From NCBI GenBank assembly GCA_965207455.1, contig CBDBMJ010000001.1, forward strand, positions 1,472,001 through 1,536,000: a stretch of 64,000 nt of DNA, written 5' to 3'. The notes below the pieces were generated by a model, which worked only from the letters and a program-made list of their open reading frames with translations, searched no databases and was not told the origin of the DNA. Origin of the DNA: Bdellovibrionota bacterium (lineage in GTDB: Bacteria; Bdellovibrionota; UBA1018; CAIPTA01; JAALKR01). Of this stretch, positions 49,856 to 58,813 are shown one piece after another. Within the stretch, counting starts at the first letter, position 1. Each line of letters opens with the position of its first letter. A program made the translations under genes and the position numbers.

Positions 49856-50196
49856 CTTTTTGGAACACTAAAGCTGAAATTTTTATTTATTCAAAAGAGA
49901 TTGACATGAGGTGGGGCTTTGAGAGGTTGTCCTATATTATTCGGGAGAGAATGGGCAAAGATATAAACTATGGGGATTTATTTTTATTTCTTGGCTTTAA
50001 TAGGAAAAGATTAAAAGCGCTTACTTTTGACGGCAGTGGTCTGATTTTAATGTCTAAGAGATTAGAGAAAAAAAATTTCATGCTGGTATCTGATTTAATT
50101 TCCCACAAAATAACAAGGCAGGAATTAAAGTTTTTAGTACATGGATCTGTTCTAAGAAAGTATTTTCCAGATAAGAAAATTCTTAGAAAAAAATAA
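49852..50196 (+). CDS. tnpB: IS66 accessory protein TnpB
   Basis: DMR.GF..L, LFLF...R.RLKAL.FDG.G.....KRLE motifs. Confidence 0.93.
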   Translation: MTFWNTKAEIFIYSKEIDMRWGFERLSYIIRERMGKDINYGDLFLFLGFNRKRLKALTFDGSGLILMSKRLEKKNFMLVSDLISHKITRQELKFLVHGSVLRKYFPDKKILRKK

Positions 50197-50252
50197 AATT
50201 ATTTTCATTTTATCCTTTATAAAAAGTAAAAATTATTTTATCATATACATGT

Positions 50253-51815
50253 ATGGAGAATCTTCCTAGGATAGTTGAAAATGAAACAAACCCCGAACTC
50301 TTGAAGGGATATTTTCAGATTTCTTGGAACGCTAGTTTATTGCTACATAAAGAAAATAAAAGATTGCGGTCCGAGAACGGTGCTTTAATGAAAAAGAAAG
50401 CAGAGGAAGATCAGCAAAAGCTTAAATTAGATAAAGACCTTACGAACTTCAAAGAAACTTATGATAAATTGAATAAAAAAAAATTTGGAAAAAGTAGTGA
50501 AAAGCGTCCTTCTTCTAGGCAGAGAGATGTGGATAGGCAACTCTCGCTCCAATCCGAAAGCCTAGCTCCTCCTCCTAAGTCAGAAGAAATGGATAGATTG
50601 GAAGAAGTTCGGGTTGATCACAGGCTAACAAAGGAAGAGCTTGCTAAAATAGCAGAAGAATATGGCTACCCTAAAGATGCGAAGTGGGAGTCTCTAAAGA
50701 TTTTTGATGAATCAAACGAAGTGGGGATAAGAGTTAAAAGTTTTATAAGAAAAAGGCACTATCTTTCTAAATATCGTCTTATAGCTAGCAAGGGTACTGA
50801 AAAAGAAATTATCGTTACAGCATCTGGTCCTAAAAGAATAGTCCCTGGTTCTAAATACTCTCCTGATTTTGCTGTAGACGTTGTAGCGCAAAAATATCTC
50901 TATCATCTTCCCTTAGAAAGAATTAGGCGTATGATCGCCTCGAACGGTTTAAGTATAGGCGTAAAGACTCTTTATTCCCTTTCCTTTTTTGTAAAAAGCC
51001 ACCTAGAAGATGTGGCACAGAGAATTCAACAAGAGATTGGGGAATGCGGACTCATATTGCACATGGATGAGACTCCTTGGCCAATCAATAACTCTACAGA
51101 AAAAAATGGGTATATGTGGACTGTGAGCAATCAAGGAGGAAGTTATTATAAATTTGCTTCAACGAGATCGGGGGCTATTGCCAAAGAGCTCTTAGGCTCC
51201 TATCGAGGGCCTGTGCTAACAGATGCATACCCAGGCTACAACGCCCACTTTAAATATATAAAAGGCGTAACACTTGCGCACTGTTGGGCTCACGCAAGAA
51301 GGAAATTTACCGATATAGAGAAAAACTACCCCGAGGAATGCAATCAAGTCTTAGATTTACTTTCTGAACTTTTTGTTGTGGAAACAAAAGCGCAACACTA
51401 CACCCATCTGTTAGAGTTAAGGCAGAGCAAATCAAAGAAAATAATAAACCAGCTTAGAGACTTGCTGTATGAACTAGCCCCTAAAACACGAGGAGAGAGC
51501 GAGTTACAAAAAGCCATTAACTATGTCCTTAAACATTGGAGTAATCTTGTGCTATTTCTAAATGATCCAAAAATTCCTCTAACAAATAATGAGGCAGAGA
51601 GAGCCATGCGCCACTGTGTTATGGGAAGAAAAAACTTTTACGGATCCAAAACAGCAAAAGGAGCAGAAACAGCAGCCACACTCTACACTGTCATAGAGAG
51701 CTGTAAAAAAGTGGAGCTTGATCCTAGAAACTATATCTCGATGGCCGTTAAAAAAGTTCTCAATGGTGAAACTCCTCTAACACCCCTGCAATACGCCAAA
51801 CATATCCGCTCTTAG
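50253..51815 (+). CDS. tnpC: IS66 DDE transposase TnpC
   Basis: FG.SSEK, KY..HLPL.R, HMDET, TDAY.GY, CWAHARRKF, NN.AER..R and GRKN motifs. Confidence 0.96.
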   Translation: MENLPRIVENETNPELLKGYFQISWNASLLLHKENKRLRSENGALMKKKAEEDQQKLKLDKDLTNFKETYDKLNKKKFGKSSEKRPSSRQRDVDRQLSLQSESLAPPPKSEEMDRLEEVRVDHRLTKEELAKIAEEYGYPKDAKWESLKIFDESNEVGIRVKSFIRKRHYLSKYRLIASKGTEKEIIVTASGPKRIVPGSKYSPDFAVDVVAQKYLYHLPLERIRRMIASNGLSIGVKTLYSLSFFVKSHLEDVAQRIQQEIGECGLILHMDETPWPINNSTEKNGYMWTVSNQGGSYYKFASTRSGAIAKELLGSYRGPVLTDAYPGYNAHFKYIKGVTLAHCWAHARRKFTDIEKNYPEECNQVLDLLSELFVVETKAQHYTHLLELRQSKSKKIINQLRDLLYELAPKTRGESELQKAINYVLKHWSNLVLFLNDPKIPLTNNEAERAMRHCVMGRKNFYGSKTAKGAETAATLYTVIESCKKVELDPRNYISMAVKKVLNGETPLTPLQYAKHIRS

Positions 51816-52321
51816 AGTACAAGGGCGGTCAAAAGACTAAGTTACCAATCTTCAGGTCAATATAGGAAGTCTTTCTGCTTTTGACGACGTGAGCGTTGTC
51901 TATATGAGTGTTGCTGTAAAGGTAATCCCCAGGCTATACTTGGGAACCTACCTAGAACATTTTGAAGATGATTACAGCATCAAAGCAAATCTTTTTGATG
52001 ACGATTTTTATAATGAACGTATTGAAGGAATAAACTTCGGTGCCTCTGCTTGGTATGAAAAAGAAAGGTGGTTTCTTATGGCAACTATTGCTCCCTTTGG
52101 ACGTAGTAAACTTAAGAATAGGCGACCCAATACTGTTGGTAAGCCAAATGATGTTACGAAACCTGTCCTTTGGTCTATTACTATGGGGTATTTAGCTATG
52201 CCGAAAATCCACCTTAATCTCCTCTTCTCCTTTTTTTCCAGAGAATACCGCGATGATATAGCAAATTACTATAGAAATAGATCCCCTGCTATTGGAATTG
52301 CTTTTAAGTTCAATCTCTAAT

Positions 52322-52461
52322 CTGTACCTGAATATCTTTTTTTCTCTATTTTCGTGTTACACTAAATGTATCAAGGAGGTTGTTATGATAAAAAGAAATA
52401 CCAATTTTTTGTTTCCACTATTATTGGTCCTGTGCATGTTGATACTGCCAAATGATGCCAT
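52322..52461 (+). repeat. 140-bp direct repeat B
   Basis: Matches 47375-47514 except for ATATTG versus ATACTG. Confidence 0.92.
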
Positions 52462-52999
52462 CGGCAAGAAAACGAAGAAAAGCAAGGCTAAGACCAGCTC
52501 TGGATTTCTGGTTTTAGGGTATAACTTTGGTATTGGAGTCCATTTCACTGGTAATTACTATCTTCAAGGTGGTATAAAGGTTCTTCCTAGGCTGTATGTG
52601 GGGGTTCATCTAGAAACTTTTGAACAAACCTCTCCTTTTCTCACTGGATTTTCCCATGGCTTTGGCCAGTTTTTTGGCGATGAGCCTGGCGAAGCTCCCG
52701 ATAACTTTTCTACTAACGGGCTAAACTTTGGTGTTTCCACTTTATATGAGCTAGGAGATTGGTTTTTTGTAGGTACTCTTCTTCCTATTGGAAGCAGTGA
52801 ATTCACAGATGAACAACTCGGCGGAAATAGTCCCGGCACACCTTTCCTTTGGTCTCTTGGGGTAGGATACTTGCTCATAGAAAAAATTAATTTTGGCTTT
52901 ACTCTTTCTTATTTCTACAGAACGTATGGAGATGACCCAAACGGAACTCTTGACGCTGAATCTGTTGCCTTAGGACTTGCTTTTAAGTTCGGTCTTTAG
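52385..52999 (+). CDS. small outer-membrane beta-barrel-like protein, array copy 6
   Basis: ATG after AAGGAGG; signal peptide identical to copy 2; LYVG, WFFVGT..PIGSS and AFKFGL motifs. Confidence 0.8.
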   Translation: MIKRNTNFLFPLLLVLCMLILPNDAIGKKTKKSKAKTSSGFLVLGYNFGIGVHFTGNYYLQGGIKVLPRLYVGVHLETFEQTSPFLTGFSHGFGQFFGDEPGEAPDNFSTNGLNFGVSTLYELGDWFFVGTLLPIGSSEFTDEQLGGNSPGTPFLWSLGVGYLLIEKINFGFTLSYFYRTYGDDPNGTLDAESVALGLAFKFGL

Positions 53000-53006
53000 C
53001 GTTTTA

Positions 53007-55727
53007 CTAACTGAGCTCTGTTAGAGCCTCTCGTAAGGAATCTAATTGTACCTGAACGTCCTTTTTTCTCTGTTTTTCTTGCTCCACTAGTTCTGGCTTA
53101 GCTCGAGTTGTAAAGTTTTTATTATTCAAGCGGTTAGTGATAAATAATAAATCTTTTTCCATTTTTTTAATTTTATTTCCAAGACGACCCATCTCTGCCT
53201 TGCTATCCACTAGGCCCTCTAGAGGAATTACAAAGTTAAACTCCCCTATGGATAGCTTACTAAAGGAACCATCTTTAGGCTCCTTTTTATTTAAATGCAC
53301 CTCACTTAGCTTCGCTAAGGAGCAAACTTTTTGGGAAATTCTATCCCAATCTTTCTCTCTAGATGTTTGTAATAAAACGGAAATGGCTGTTTTAGGAGAG
53401 ATTTTATTTTCTGTACGAAAGCTTCGTATACCCTCCACGATTTTTTTTAATTCCTCCATACTGTGCGCCTCTTGGTCAGAAAGCCCAAGCGCGGTGTCTA
53501 TCGTTTGGGGCGAAGATTCCAATATCAGTCTTTTCTTTTTTAATCCGTTCATTTCTAACGAATGGGGCAAATAACTGTAAATCTCTTCTGTTATAAACGG
53601 TGCCATGGGATGCAAAAGCTTTACAATGGAAGACAGCACATAGTGTAAAACCTTTTGGTTTGTTTTGTCTTTTAAGTCTTGGAGTTTGGATAACTCCAAG
53701 TACCAATCACAAAACTCATACCAAGTAAATTGATAAATAGATTGGAACGCTTGATCCACTCGATAGCTACTAAGATGGTGATCCACTTGACCAACCACTT
53801 TGTTTAAGGAAATAAGAATCCAATGAGCCTCCATGGTTAAGCCCTTTATTTCTTCTTTCGTCCAAGGAATTTCAAAATACGATGCATTTTCCTTTTCCAT
53901 AAAAGGCAGGGAGAATCTACTAGCGTTCCATAGCTTGTTTAAAAAACCCCGGTAGCCCTCTAAGCGCTTTTTATTAAAATTCACACTCTTGCCACCACCT
54001 GAAAGTACTAGGAGAGTAATACGGAGAGCGTCTGCCCCGTGCTCCTCAATAATGTCCATGGGATCGATTACATTTCCCTTAGTCTTGGACATTTTCTCAC
54101 CCTTATCGTCTCGAACCATGGCATGTAAATAAATATCTTCAAACGGCAAGCGACCTTTCATAAAATACAGGCACATCATCAACATTCTTGCTACCCAAAA
54201 GAAAAGAATGTCTGATCCTGTTTCCATCAACGCCTGCACTTGATGCCCCTGCTTTCGAACATGGGAAAGGTGGGCTTGTGGATAAAAATCCACTAAATCT
54301 TTTGCTTCCTCGTCGGGCCAACCTAAAGTAGTAATGGGCCAAAGGCCGGAACTGTACCAAGTATCCAGCACGTCCTTGTCTCTTTCTATGGCGGTAGAAG
54401 CACAACCACCACATTTTGAGGGGTCGGGATCTTTTATAGAAGCGGGAACTGTAATAAAATCACAATCCTCACAATACCATGCAGGAATCTGATGCCCCCA
54501 CCAAAGCTGACGGGAAATACACCAATCCTGAATATTATCCAACCACCCAAAATATGTTTTGCGCCAAAATTCTGGAAAGAAACGAAGGGAAGGCTCCTTC
54601 CCATCCTCTCCTCTTGCAGCTAAAAGCGCTTCCTGTGCCAAAGGTTTCATTTTTACAAACCACTGGGTGGATACCAGCGGCTCCACAATCACACCACTGC
54701 GCTGGCAATGGCCCACATCATGTTGATGGGGTTCTTGCTTCAATAAAAAGCCTCCCAGCTTTTTCACCGTTTCCTTTCGACCCTCTAGAACACTAAGTCC
54801 CTTAAGGCTGCCAGCCAAATCAGTCAAGGTTCCATCATAAGAAATGGTGGATAGAATTTCCAAATTATGCCTTTTCCCAATTTCCCAGTCGTTGTGGTCA
54901 TGGCCCGGGGTAATTTTCAAGGCTCCTGTGCCAAACTCCATATCCACATGCTCATCTAAAATCACGGGAATTTCACGGTTCGATAGCGGAAGGACAACCT
55001 TCCTGCCATGGAATTTTTTATAGCGATTATCCTCTGGATGCACAGCCACTGCCACATCTGCAAACATGGTCTCTGGACGAGTGGTGGCTACTGTTAAAAA
55101 ATCTTTGGGAGAACCTGCCAAGCCGTACTTGATATAATACAAAGACCCGTCAACAGACCGAAATTCCACCTCCAGATCGGAAACGGCTGTGTTGAGACCC
55201 GCACTCCAGTTTACAAGGCGCTTTCCTCGATAGATTAAGCCATCATGGTAAAGACGGATAAAGGACTCCAGTACAGAACGATAACTCCCTTCATCCAATG
55301 TAAAACGCTCTCGACTCCAATCACACGATGATCCAAGGGAGCGCAATTGGTTTTGGATCACACCACCATGCTCTTTCGTCCATCTCCACGCCTCTTCTAA
55401 AAATTTCTCTCTTCCTTCTTTTAATCGGGAACGCCCCTCTTTTTCTAATTTGCGATCCACCATAAGCTGGGTGGCAATACCCGCATGATCCGTGCCCGGC
55501 ACCCAAAGCGTACGAAACCCCTTCATTCTTTTCCAGCGCACATAGGTGTCCTCTATGGCAGCAAATAGGGCATGCCCCTGGTGGAGCACTCCTGTTACAT
55601 TGGGTGGAGGCATGGTTACAAGATAGGTTGGCTTAGTACGATCCCCATGGGGCTGGAAACACTTCTCCTCTTCCCATTCCTTATAAATCCTCGATTCAAA
55701 TTTTTTTGGTTGGTAGGTTTTTTCCAT
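53007..55727 (-). CDS. valS: valyl-tRNA synthetase
   Basis: PPPNVTG.LH.GH, GTDHAGIATQ, DWCISRQLWWGH, KMSK and a C-terminal coiled coil. Confidence 0.99.
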   Translation of the reverse strand: MEKTYQPKKFESRIYKEWEEEKCFQPHGDRTKPTYLVTMPPPNVTGVLHQGHALFAAIEDTYVRWKRMKGFRTLWVPGTDHAGIATQLMVDRKLEKEGRSRLKEGREKFLEEAWRWTKEHGGVIQNQLRSLGSSCDWSRERFTLDEGSYRSVLESFIRLYHDGLIYRGKRLVNWSAGLNTAVSDLEVEFRSVDGSLYYIKYGLAGSPKDFLTVATTRPETMFADVAVAVHPEDNRYKKFHGRKVVLPLSNREIPVILDEHVDMEFGTGALKITPGHDHNDWEIGKRHNLEILSTISYDGTLTDLAGSLKGLSVLEGRKETVKKLGGFLLKQEPHQHDVGHCQRSGVIVEPLVSTQWFVKMKPLAQEALLAARGEDGKEPSLRFFPEFWRKTYFGWLDNIQDWCISRQLWWGHQIPAWYCEDCDFITVPASIKDPDPSKCGGCASTAIERDKDVLDTWYSSGLWPITTLGWPDEEAKDLVDFYPQAHLSHVRKQGHQVQALMETGSDILFFWVARMLMMCLYFMKGRLPFEDIYLHAMVRDDKGEKMSKTKGNVIDPMDIIEEHGADALRITLLVLSGGGKSVNFNKKRLEGYRGFLNKLWNASRFSLPFMEKENASYFEIPWTKEEIKGLTMEAHWILISLNKVVGQVDHHLSSYRVDQAFQSIYQFTWYEFCDWYLELSKLQDLKDKTNQKVLHYVLSSIVKLLHPMAPFITEEIYSYLPHSLEMNGLKKKRLILESSPQTIDTALGLSDQEAHSMEELKKIVEGIRSFRTENKISPKTAISVLLQTSREKDWDRISQKVCSLAKLSEVHLNKKEPKDGSFSKLSIGEFNFVIPLEGLVDSKAEMGRLGNKIKKMEKDLLFITNRLNNKNFTTRAKPELVEQEKQRKKDVQVQLDSLREALTELS

Positions 55728-55736
55728 TACTTATTA

Positions 55737-55967
55737 TTACATCACAAAATGGCGAATTAAATTAAATATTGGTTTTAAATCCCTATAACCTTCATAATAA
55801 ATATACACTCCCACAAAGAATAAGAGGAAAAGGCAGGCAAAATAATAAAAAGACATGCTTTTTACAAAACCTTTGGTTCTAGATCGATTACCCAGTTCAA
55901 AAAAAATGAAGGCTAGGGGGAGGGCCCAAAAAGGATATACGCTAATAATTAAATAAGCGTAGCTCAC
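55737..55967 (-). CDS. small two-TM membrane protein
   Basis: Abuts the metK stop codon; two hydrophobic segments. Confidence 0.6.
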   Translation of the reverse strand: MSYAYLIISVYPFWALPLAFIFFELGNRSRTKGFVKSMSFYYFACLFLLFFVGVYIYYEGYRDLKPIFNLIRHFVM

Positions 55968-57131
55968 CTACACTCCGCAAAGTTCCTTTAATTTCTCCAC
56001 ACTGTCCGTCTCTTCCCAAGTAAACGCATCTCCTCTTCTACCAAAGTGACCATACACCGATGTTTGGGCATAGACAGGCCGTAACAAGCGCAGCTTCTCA
56101 ATTAACCGAGATGGCTGAAAGGGAAATAACTCACGAGCCGCAGTGAAAATTTTCTCCAAGTCGATCTTTTCCGTCCCAAAACAATCCACCATAAAGCTCA
56201 CAGGTTTTGCCACACCAATGGCATAACCCACCTGTAGTAAACAACGATCTGCAAGCCCAGCAGCCACAATATTTTTTGCGGCATAACGGGCCATATAACA
56301 AGCAGAGCGATCCACCTTGGAAGGATCCTTGCCCGAAAAAGCACCTCCACCGTGAGAACCGTGCCCACCGTAGGTGTCTGCAATAATTTTTCGACCTGTC
56401 AAACCACAGTCGCCCTGAGGGCCGCCAATTACAAAACGCCCCGTAGGATTAATATAAATTTTTGTATTATTGTCCATCAATGTGGAAGAAACGATCTTGG
56501 AAATAACTTCAGTGCGAATGCCCTCTTCTAGGGAAGACATGGTTACATTTTCATCGTGCTGTGAACTAATAACAACTGTATCCACACGGGTGGCCTTTCC
56601 ATTTTTATACTCCATGGTCACTTGGGTTTTTCCGTCGGGACGAAGAAAACCTAAGGTGCCATCTTTACGAACCTCAGTTAAGCGCTGGGATAATTGGTGC
56701 GATAGCGCGATGGAGTAGGGCATATATTCTTCTGTTTCATTGATCGCATAGCCAAACATCATCCCCTGGTCTCCCGCACCCTGGTCTCTATTGGCAGCCA
56801 CGTCTACCCCTCGGGCAATGTCCGGGGATTGCTTTCCCAGCCCCACTAATACGGAGCAAGTTTTATGACAAAAACCCTTGGAGGAATCGTTGTAGCCTAT
56901 TTTTGCCACCGTATTGCGTGCAATCTGCTGAAAGTCCACCGTCGCCTTGCTCGTTACTTCCCCTGCAATTACAATGAGTCCTGTTGTGACCAAGGTCTCA
57001 CAGGCCACATGGCTCTGAGGATCCTTGTCGAGAAAAGCGTCTAAAACAGCGTCGCTAATCTGGTCGCAGATTTTATCCGGGTGTCCCTCGTTTACCGACT
57101 CCGACGTAAATAAATAATCCTTAAGACCCAT
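55968..57131 (-). CDS. metK: S-adenosylmethionine synthetase
   Basis: [21 protein letters not shown] and [16 protein letters not shown] motifs. Confidence 0.99.
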   Translation of the reverse strand: MGLKDYLFTSESVNEGHPDKICDQISDAVLDAFLDKDPQSHVACETLVTTGLIVIAGEVTSKATVDFQQIARNTVAKIGYNDSSKGFCHKTCSVLVGLGKQSPDIARGVDVAANRDQGAGDQGMMFGYAINETEEYMPYSIALSHQLSQRLTEVRKDGTLGFLRPDGKTQVTMEYKNGKATRVDTVVISSQHDENVTMSSLEEGIRTEVISKIVSSTLMDNNTKIYINPTGRFVIGGPQGDCGLTGRKIIADTYGGHGSHGGGAFSGKDPSKVDRSACYMARYAAKNIVAAGLADRCLLQVGYAIGVAKPVSFMVDCFGTEKIDLEKIFTAARELFPFQPSRLIEKLRLLRPVYAQTSVYGHFGRRGDAFTWEETDSVEKLKELCGV

Positions 57132-57187
57132 ACATATCTCCTTGTCTCCCCAAAATAGGAAGAAACCTTACCGGGGTGGTTTTATTA

Positions 57188-57322
57188 TTAAACCGTTTTA
57201 GGGGGATGGATTGCAAATTTCGGTGTGCTCCCCTTAGCCCGCAGGAGCTTTTTTCTTGCCACTCCGCGTTTAGCCCGTTTTTTATTTCGTCGCATTTCTG
57301 TCTGTTTTGCTGGTGATGCCAT
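57188..57322 (-). CDS. 44-aa highly basic small protein (below the ORF-track cutoff)
   Basis: GAGAGAGG RBS, then MASPAKQTEMRRNKKRAKRGVARKKLLRAKGSTPKFAIHPPKTV*. Confidence 0.65.
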   Translation of the reverse strand: MASPAKQTEMRRNKKRAKRGVARKKLLRAKGSTPKFAIHPPKTV

Positions 57323-57415
57323 AATGTCCTCTCTCTCTATTTCAACACTTATAGGTATACTATTTACTCCAATAAATCAACCGAAACAAGAAATTCGTAC
57401 ACAAAGGCCTTTCTT

Positions 57416-58813
57416 TTGGAAACTTGGAACGGATTTTGCTTAGAGAAGGGGAAGATGTGGATAAAAGTGTGGATATGGAGGGGATTTTTAATGGGCGTTT
57501 TGGCGTGCGGCGGGTTATACCACCCGGAGGCACTCACTCGTACCATTACAAAATCCTCACCCATAATCCTTGCCCTAGGAGAGCAGTTCAGCCTTAAAGT
57601 AAGCCCAGGAACTCGATTTAGCGTGGGAAATCCAGAGGTGCTCAAAGTACGCAGCCTACGGTCCCCTCCCAAGGGAAAACCCATGCTACTTGTTCGAGCG
57701 AAGCGCCAAGGCTATTCGGACCTCATTATCATAGATGGAGATAAGGAAAAGCGACTACGTTTTCGAGTCTATTCAAAAAAACGGGGTTCTTTTTTTCGAG
57801 ATGCCCGCGCCTCCCTACAAAAAATCAAGGGATTGGAAATACTACCCCAAGGGGATCAGTGGATCGTTCGAGGAGAGTCGAAAAATATTAAAGACTATAA
57901 TCTCCTGAACGCATTTATTGAAAATAGCAAGCAAAAGGTATTTAGCCTTGCTCGCCTCCACCAAGATGCACGCCTCCTAGCCGAGGAAAAAATACGACAA
58001 CGCTTCCGAAACGCAGGACTTTCCCATATCTCTGTGCACGGAGCTGGCTCAAAAATCTGGCTTACAGGCAAAGCCTACTCCGAAAAAGAAAAAGTCCTCG
58101 CCTTAGCGCTTGCTCAAGAAATCTTTGGCCCTACCCTCTCCTATGTGGAAACCCCCTTTCCCACCAAGAGTGTTCTGAAATTTAAGATACATATTCTAGA
58201 ACTCATCCACCGCAGTGGTGGGCGTGTGGGCCTGGATTGGAATACTGTTATTCCAGGCATTCTACAAATTCATAACAAACTCATACAAGGGAATTTTTCC
58301 ATAGAAACAAGCCTCAACCTTTTGGCTCGACGTGGACTCACCCGAATCCTCTCCAAACCAGAAATTTCTGTAAACTCCAGGGGCATCGCTCGCCTCCACG
58401 TGGGTGGAGAAATTCCCATCATCCTTAAAACAGAAAATAGTCGACGAGTTTCTTGGAAACGCCACGGACTGCATTTGAAGTTGGAAATCCAAGGTGCCAA
58501 CAGAGACACCGTACGCACAAAACTTCAAGTAAGCATTAGCCTTTTAGATTTTGCCAACTCCATAGAGGAAATCCCCGGCATCAAGGAAAATAAAATGGAA
58601 ACAATCGTGGACCTAAAAAAAGGAGAAACTTTTTTCCTATCCGGACTCCTACAAAATGAAAAAATTGATTTAGAAAAATCCCTTCCCATACTAGGAGACA
58701 TTCCCATACTGGGCGCCCTCTTCCGTTCCAAAGATTTCCAAGAACGACGATCGGAACTCATTATTGCCATCACAGCCAAGGACTATACCCATGCCAAAAG
58801 CCTCAGTCCATAG
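57416..58813 (+). CDS. Tad/Flp pilus secretin RcpA/CpaC-like
   Basis: VGNPEV N-domain, BON-like middle, GGEIPI and P.LGDIPILGALFRS..F...SELII. The true start is probably 57455 or 57491. Confidence 0.88.
   Translation: METWNGFCLEKGKMWIKVWIWRGFLMGVLACGGLYHPEALTRTITKSSPIILALGEQFSLKVSPGTRFSVGNPEVLKVRSLRSPPKGKPMLLVRAKRQGYSDLIIIDGDKEKRLRFRVYSKKRGSFFRDARASLQKIKGLEILPQGDQWIVRGESKNIKDYNLLNAFIENSKQKVFSLARLHQDARLLAEEKIRQRFRNAGLSHISVHGAGSKIWLTGKAYSEKEKVLALALAQEIFGPTLSYVETPFPTKSVLKFKIHILELIHRSGGRVGLDWNTVIPGILQIHNKLIQGNFSIETSLNLLARRGLTRILSKPEISVNSRGIARLHVGGEIPIILKTENSRRVSWKRHGLHLKLEIQGANRDTVRTKLQVSISLLDFANSIEEIPGIKENKMETIVDLKKGETFFLSGLLQNEKIDLEKSLPILGDIPILGALFRSKDFQERRSELIIAITAKDYTHAKSLSP

Larger units (their letters stand above)
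49433..51845 (+). mobile_element. complete IS66-family insertion sequence, 2413 bp
   Basis: Perfect 23-bp terminal IRs GTAACTTAGTCTTTTGACCGCCC; 8-bp target duplication CAATCTTC (49425-49432 and 51846-51853); three ORFs. Confidence 0.96.
49309..52320 (+). pseudogene. array copy 5, interrupted by IS66 (segments 49309-49432 and 51854-52320)
   Basis: Removing the IS and one target duplication restores a 196-aa frame: MIKRNTNFLL...ATPNL-QVNIGSLSAFDDV...FKFNL. Confidence 0.92.

Noticed and set aside
46847..52999. Diversity-generating retroelement, shufflon or integron explanation for the array
   Set aside because: No reverse transcriptase, invertase or integrase is in the window, there is no adenine-specific TR/VR pair, no inverted copies, and no convincing attC sites.
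43834..53006. Prophage or ICE integrated at tRNA-Gly
   Set aside because: No integrase or phage genes, and no duplicated tRNA 3' end was seen.
57132..57187. SAM riboswitch upstream of metK
   Set aside because: The interval is only 56 nt, with a small hairpin and no recognisable SAM aptamer consensus.
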